Origin: Takakia lepidozioides | Taxonomy: Eukaryota > Plantae > Bryophyta | Assembly: GCA_030704615.1 (NCBI GenBank) | Contig: CM060731.1 | Span: forward strand, 57,846,001-57,910,000 | Length of the DNA: 64,000 nucleotides | Direction: 5' to 3' | In this document: positions 58,352-64,000 of the stretch, piece by piece | Numbering within the stretch: the first letter of the stretch is position 1 | How the letters are laid out: every line of letters begins with the position of its first letter | Made by a program: the position numbers and the translations under genes | Notes under the pieces: model-generated | Told to the model about the DNA's origin: nothing | The model's database searches: none | What the model saw: the letters and a program-made list of their open reading frames with translations, nothing else

Positions 58352-61300
58352 TTAGCGAGCCACAGAGAGCATGCTAACGCCCACCAACATCACAACTCCA
58401 GAGACCCAGTAAATGTACATGGAATTGCCAGTGATCTCTCCAAAAAGTAGCATCCCCCATATCCCTGCTATAAAGATTCCACATTGATATCTGGGCATGA
58501 CATATCATATGTTAGAATGTCTTCTTCATCTTGTTCTTTCCTATATAAGGCTATAGGCACCACCCACCCATCTGGGTCTCTCTTGGATTTGACCTTGCAT
58601 GTAGACCCTTGAGGAAGGCAAGAAAACAATTTCAAAAACATGCAGTCCAGACCAGCATAGCACTTTTCAAATATGGAAAGGTTAGAGTAGAACGCAACGT
58701 ACATGGGATAGGCAATTGAATAACCAAGGTAGTCTATAGCTATGAGGATCAACACGTTTCCTGCATGCAAGAAAAAACATAAATCAAAATCGCTTCGACA
58801 ATATCCCAAAAAACTTGACTAGTACAAGGTATTCGTTAAAAATGGACTAGTACAAGTGGACTAGTACAAGGTTCTTCACCTTCCTAAGGTAGTATGGGGT
58901 GAGGGTTATATACCACAAGTAGTGTCCTCTTTTGTCCCCCATATTCTTTAAACCTTAGACCAACCAGATTACAACTGTCTCAGTAAATTATTATCCTTGG
59001 GCCACAGGAGAGCTATAGAAGTTCCATACTAACATTTGTGATTGCAGCTACTACCATACACCTATGGCTGTGTAATGACCAGGTATTATGCACAATATGT
59101 GTATAGTCATCCTCTTCATAATACATTCCTGGATGTGCTTACCCATCTTCTTTGGACATTGACAAGATTTAGTTCTTTTCTATAGTGAGCTAACACCATA
59201 CATAATATGAGGTAAGAACTGGAATGGGGACATACCAATGTTCCACACAATCCCAGAGATGATCCCAGGAACTAATGCAACCTGGGGTGCAAAGTCAGGC
59301 CAGTGCCGGGAGGCAGATAGATACGGTATTGCTGTCACAATTGGCGTGAAAATTGCAACACTTATGCCAAATGACGGAAGGAATGCTGGGCCCTGCCATC
59401 ACAAATCAAGACACATTTCATAAGCTCCTCAAACCACAAACCTTTGAATAGCTATAATCCTATATACATTACACATATACCTACAACGGCCCGGGTCACC
59501 TCAGACGTACTATTGACTCGGAATGGATGATTGTTGCCTTTGACCAAGCTTACGGTAGCTACCGAAACAGTTTGTATAATGAGTCTCCCCAACTATTCCA
59601 ATTCAATTTGAAGGTTTGTAACTCCTAGTGGAACCAGATGTGTTTTCCCAAACAGGTAGCATCGAGATGTTGCAAAGATGCCCAATCCATCAGGTCAAAG
59701 TTCTTCTTAAATTGCAATGACAAAAAGTTGGAAGGAGAGTTACCCTAGCAGCTTCTGGTGCATGGGTCTCCGGTATCTTCAAGGCCACCAAAGAAACCAA
59801 AATAATATCAATATACAGAGTGACAAATACCAAAATTTGGGAATGCACCAATGAAGCTACCAAAAATCCTGCCATATAGAAATGAACTCAAGAAACATTC
59901 TTCTCCAAGATAACCTAGGGTGTAAAGCTCGAAAATAATATGCTCAATGTAGGTATCCCCAAAGGCAGGTCAACGTAGGTCCCGTTCAACAAATAGATAC
60001 TATGAACTACACCAAAAGGAAGCTCAGGCATGAGCAAGTTGTCAAATTCAAATCTTAACTTATAGCACACAAGTACAGATATCATAATGGAGGTTCAAGC
60101 ACTTCTCCGTCCCTCATTACATAGAAAGACGCAAAGCCTTGAGGCACCGTTAGTTCAAATTCATAAAAAATGTCACCAAAAAATCCCTTCATGATTAGTA
60201 AGAAAAACACTCTGAATCATATCCATTTTAAGAGGCCATGTGAGTATTGGGGCCATCATAGATGCTTCTTCAAAGCCATGTATAACTCCAATGAAGAACA
60301 TATCACAGTAACCCTTTTGTCCACTAAGGTTTACTGTGAATATTGAATGAGAGATTACCAGCACAAGACCCCCCAATAGACCTGTAAGCACAGCCGCAAA
60401 CACTCCAGCCGCAAAGCTTCCAGGTCCATTGTGCCTGTCCGTCCTCTGCTCATCGATCCAACACCCCCATTCCATTTGCCCAACTTAGTATGTTGCGAGC
60501 CAACTGCACAAAGATGTTGAGTGTGAAGGACATCTTGAAGATAACACAATCAGTACAATCAATCCTCTGAGAGGACAAGGGGAGAGAACTTGTTGGGAAC
60601 TTTTGATCTCACATTATATCCTTTTGCTTCCCACTTGATTCGCTCTTCGAGTTTTGAGGGCGCGCGAAGAATCCATCCCGCAAAGGAGGGCTGCGACACC
60701 AGATTTACTGGAAGGATATTCAACGGAAATCTACAACTCACATGAGGACCCAACTTTGGTGAGCCTCTTGGATGAAATGATTATAAGTAATAACCCCAAC
60801 TATTCACCCTTTCGGTAGTACATTTTCAACTAGTTCTTAGAGATCATCGTGGAGGATCAGTGCCACGATACCTCTGAACGAAGCAAAGTTTGTAGATCCT
60901 CTTCTTCCCCTGCTTCCACTCTTCCTAAGTGTCCTGCATACGACACTCCCACTGCAAACTCCCACGCACATCTGGTTAGGCTCCATCTGTTGTAGCTAAA
61001 CACTTCTGGGATTGTTCTTCATTATGAGCCACACAGTTCCATTTAGCTGATTGTGTTTTCTGACATTTTTCTCCTTTGAATATACTGTTCAGCAAAAGAT
61101 AGCAGATCAAGAGATGAATTCATCATATAGGTCAGGGGTGATTGCCCTACCTAAAAAACAAAAAGATAATGATCAATGGTACCAATTAGAGCTCATACGA
61201 CTTTCTATATGTCTTGTGAGATGACGATATGATACCATCTCAAAGATAGCAAAACACAAAGACATGCTAGCATTAACCAATAGTCCTCAACTTGCTCTAA

Positions 61301-63211
61301 AACTTATCATGACCTAAAAACCAAACAGTTGAAGAGGAGCTGGCGTGCTTACAGATTCCCAGCAGAATGACCACAAGCGCAATAACTGCAAGCAGAATGC
61401 TACGCACACCTGCGTGTGGATCTAGCAACTCTCCCGCCACGAATGACACTGCATTTGCAAAAACCTCAAAAGCATGAATTCCATTGTGTGAGGGGAGAAG
61501 AGAGAGAGCTGCAGGACCAGGAGAAGCTCATCCTCTTTGAATCTGGACTTTCCATTATGATATGTGCTCTACAGTAAGATATTGTATAGGGTTACAACCA
61601 GGCCACACTTACGTTTCAATATTCTGAGAATAAGCTCTTCAGCTTTTTGTCCTGGCTTGCTAGACCTTTTTGGTATCTAGATTTTAATGGAATGGGGAAA
61701 GAGACCTTACCAAGTACAGCTACTCCTGCCCAAATACCGAAGGCCACTGCAGTAAATCACACCAGCAATACACACCTGGTCAGAGTTCAGTAAGTGCAGG
61801 CATCCACTACCTACCATATATAAACGAGTATGATTGGGAATGAAACGTTCACTTTGAAGGAGCCATACAATGCAAATGCCAATTACCTCAGATAGTTCTA
61901 ACTCAGGGCTCAACTAAGATGTGGAATAAGAACTAAATGATTCTGGCATTCTTTCTCAAAGCTAAACATGCAGACCTGACAAATGTGTACTCCACAGAAG
62001 TGCTTCTTGTGCACTTTACATTGCAGCAGGCAGGTCACTACCAGCCTCTATAGTTGGTATAGACTTGCTTGGCCTGTTTCCCACACAAGGGTTTTGTAGT
62101 ATAAGTCAATTTTTTAGCATTCCTTAGGAGTTGCCCAGTCAGACCCAATTTGCCACACAGACTCACTTTGAGTTGCAGTACTCTACCACATCCATCCCCC
62201 GATCCTATGCAGTATGCAAATAGTATCTCAATATTAAGGATTTAGACAATGTCACAAAATTTCGCAATCTTGAAAGCTGGTAAGGTACTGGTTTGTCAAG
62301 CCAACCTGAGACCCCAATAAGCTGCACAGCTCGAAATGCATTGATAAACGAGAGCGAGAAAAATAGGCCACTCAGAAGAGCTTGCGGGGCGAAGACAAAC
62401 TTGCACTTCAACAGCATCAGCAGGCTGCTCAACACCACCCCCCAACTGTTCCCCGCCCAGTGCCAACCATCCCATAGTAAAAGGACTGCATCGTTCACGT
62501 GATACAATTTTGAGTTTCAAACAAATTACCAAGATAGGCGTAAGATTCGTGTCTCCATTTACCAAAGCGAAGTCAGTGTAATCAGGCTGAAGTGGAGTTG
62601 GGACAGGAGCCTAAACCTTGGAACGTCTCAATCAAACGGAGACCCAACAATGGAACTCTGCAATACGTCCGTCCGCCAAATCTGGGGACCGCTGAATCTA
62701 AGGTCACAATATCATGGTAAAAACCCATCCAGTATACACCTTCCTCTTCAAATTGGAAAACGGTGGACGAAATTGGTCTCAATTCAAGACCTGTCTATGG
62801 TAGAAATTCTCAAACAGTGACTTCCGACAACTGCATAGCCCCAATTATTGGCTTCCCTATTTGCAAATCCGCACTGCCACCGTCTAAACAACACTAAACA
62901 CTACAATGAAAGAGCAAGCATCGTCGTCATTAGTGGTGCTGAATGTCCAGTGGACTGCAAGAGACACAGAAAGGGTAAGACTCGTACGATGCCCAGAAGT
63001 TGAAAATAATCGGGTCCACATGAGCACGTAGGACAGAAGGAAGTTTGGAGAAGATACTGAAGCTGCCATTGGCAACAGCGGAGAGAATGGCCAGCAGCAA
63101 GCCCAACGCCAAGGCCTTGCCCCCTCCCGCTTCCAAAAACTTGTCCCCATCTCCATGAGCTGTAGCTAGAATGACCCCCATCAAACCTAGTGTCTTCAAA
63201 TGGCGAGTCAT
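58352..63211 (-). CDS. TMEM144: TMEM144-like / DMT-superfamily membrane transporter, multi-exon
   Basis: Exons encode LLAILSAVANGSFSIFSK..VDPIIFNFWAS, WGVVLSSLL..AVQLIGVS, VAFGIWAGVAVL, VSFVAG..LVVILLGI, GVFAAVLTGLLGGLVL, IPETHAP, AFLPSFG..PGIISGIVWNI, GNVLILIAIDYLGYSIAYP and IYQCGIFIAGIWGMLLFGEI...SVAR* (58352-58490). Confidence 0.85.
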
Positions 63212-64000
63212 ATTCTTTGACAGTCGGAGATAACGGATATACTTCCCCGTGCTACCCTGCGTGCACTACATGCAGCGTCGGTTGAACCTCCCGGTAGGTT
63301 TCCGAAATTTCGAGCTAGAAGTCAGATCAGAGGGGTGGGAGAGACTCGAGCAGAGAGACACAATGATAGATTCAAGGCGTCACAGGTGTGAATACCACCC
63401 AATATGACTGCCGGAAGACGTTTCTCAAGGAGCAATTACAATGCTCCAACCAACTCATGTCCAAGCAAAATGCCCCAACTTCAAATTTCAAACCTGAAGT
63501 TATTTACTACAGTGTGAGAACCACGACATCCCCCTTCAGATTCTCTGGGACGAAGCGATGCGAAATTCGATCCACGCCATGTTTGATCCCATGAGAAAAG
63601 GAACACGCAGTGCGATGTTGAGATGGCTGCGGAGCCCACACGGGAATTGCTGGCGAGGCCGAGCGTCGCATGCACAGGGACACGTGAGGGAGAGCTGATC
63701 AGCTCGCCCGCCCGCCCCTGCCATCTGGCTTGTATCTTCCCCTCACACGTGCCACCTGGCAAACGACTGTCCTCATCCTCTCTGGCCTACTTACCACCTA
63801 CCCATACTTATAAAATTGCAAGGGATTCCCCAGAAATTAAAACTTATCATTCACTGATTTATTTCAAAAACAGTGTGGCTAGTGGCTATCCTTACAAAGG
63901 AAATTAAGGGGGGAAAAGAGGCATTTTTCGCCAAGGTAGGAGGGGTAGCCATATTATTTATTATCTTCAGTTACTATTATTATTATTATACCTAGGGTAG

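Overview
Eukaryotic, intron-rich DNA, most likely from a land plant; a non-seed plant is my inference from the Tcn1/Tf1-type retroelement. Three intact spliced host genes are present: dihydroxyacetone kinase (-, 20244-29726), an RWD-RBR E3 ligase of the RNF14 type (+, 39808-46674) and a TMEM144-like transporter (-, 58352-63211). The standout is a 14.9-kb DNA transposon (654-15563) with ~300-bp GC-rich terminal inverted repeats (TIRs), GGCGCAC...GTGCGCC ends and only a 3-bp TTT flanking duplication. It encodes a decayed MULE-type DDE/SWIM transposase. Its cargo comprises an F-box/LRR-like gene, an unknown intronless 232-codon ORF, an SGS3 zf-XS-like zinc finger, a C2HC zinc-finger protein and a Ulp1 SUMO-protease gene; together these form a candidate VANDAL-like anti-silencing toolkit. 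Also present: two Tc1/mariner-pogo non-autonomous elements with TA target-site duplications (TSDs), a tRNA-derived SINE family, a decayed Ty3/gypsy element with a Tf1-like self-priming signal and a displaced integrase core, F-box/LRR and Hsp20 pseudogenes, and a tandem duplicate of the TMEM144 last exon. All family assignments are by eye from motifs; no database searches were run.
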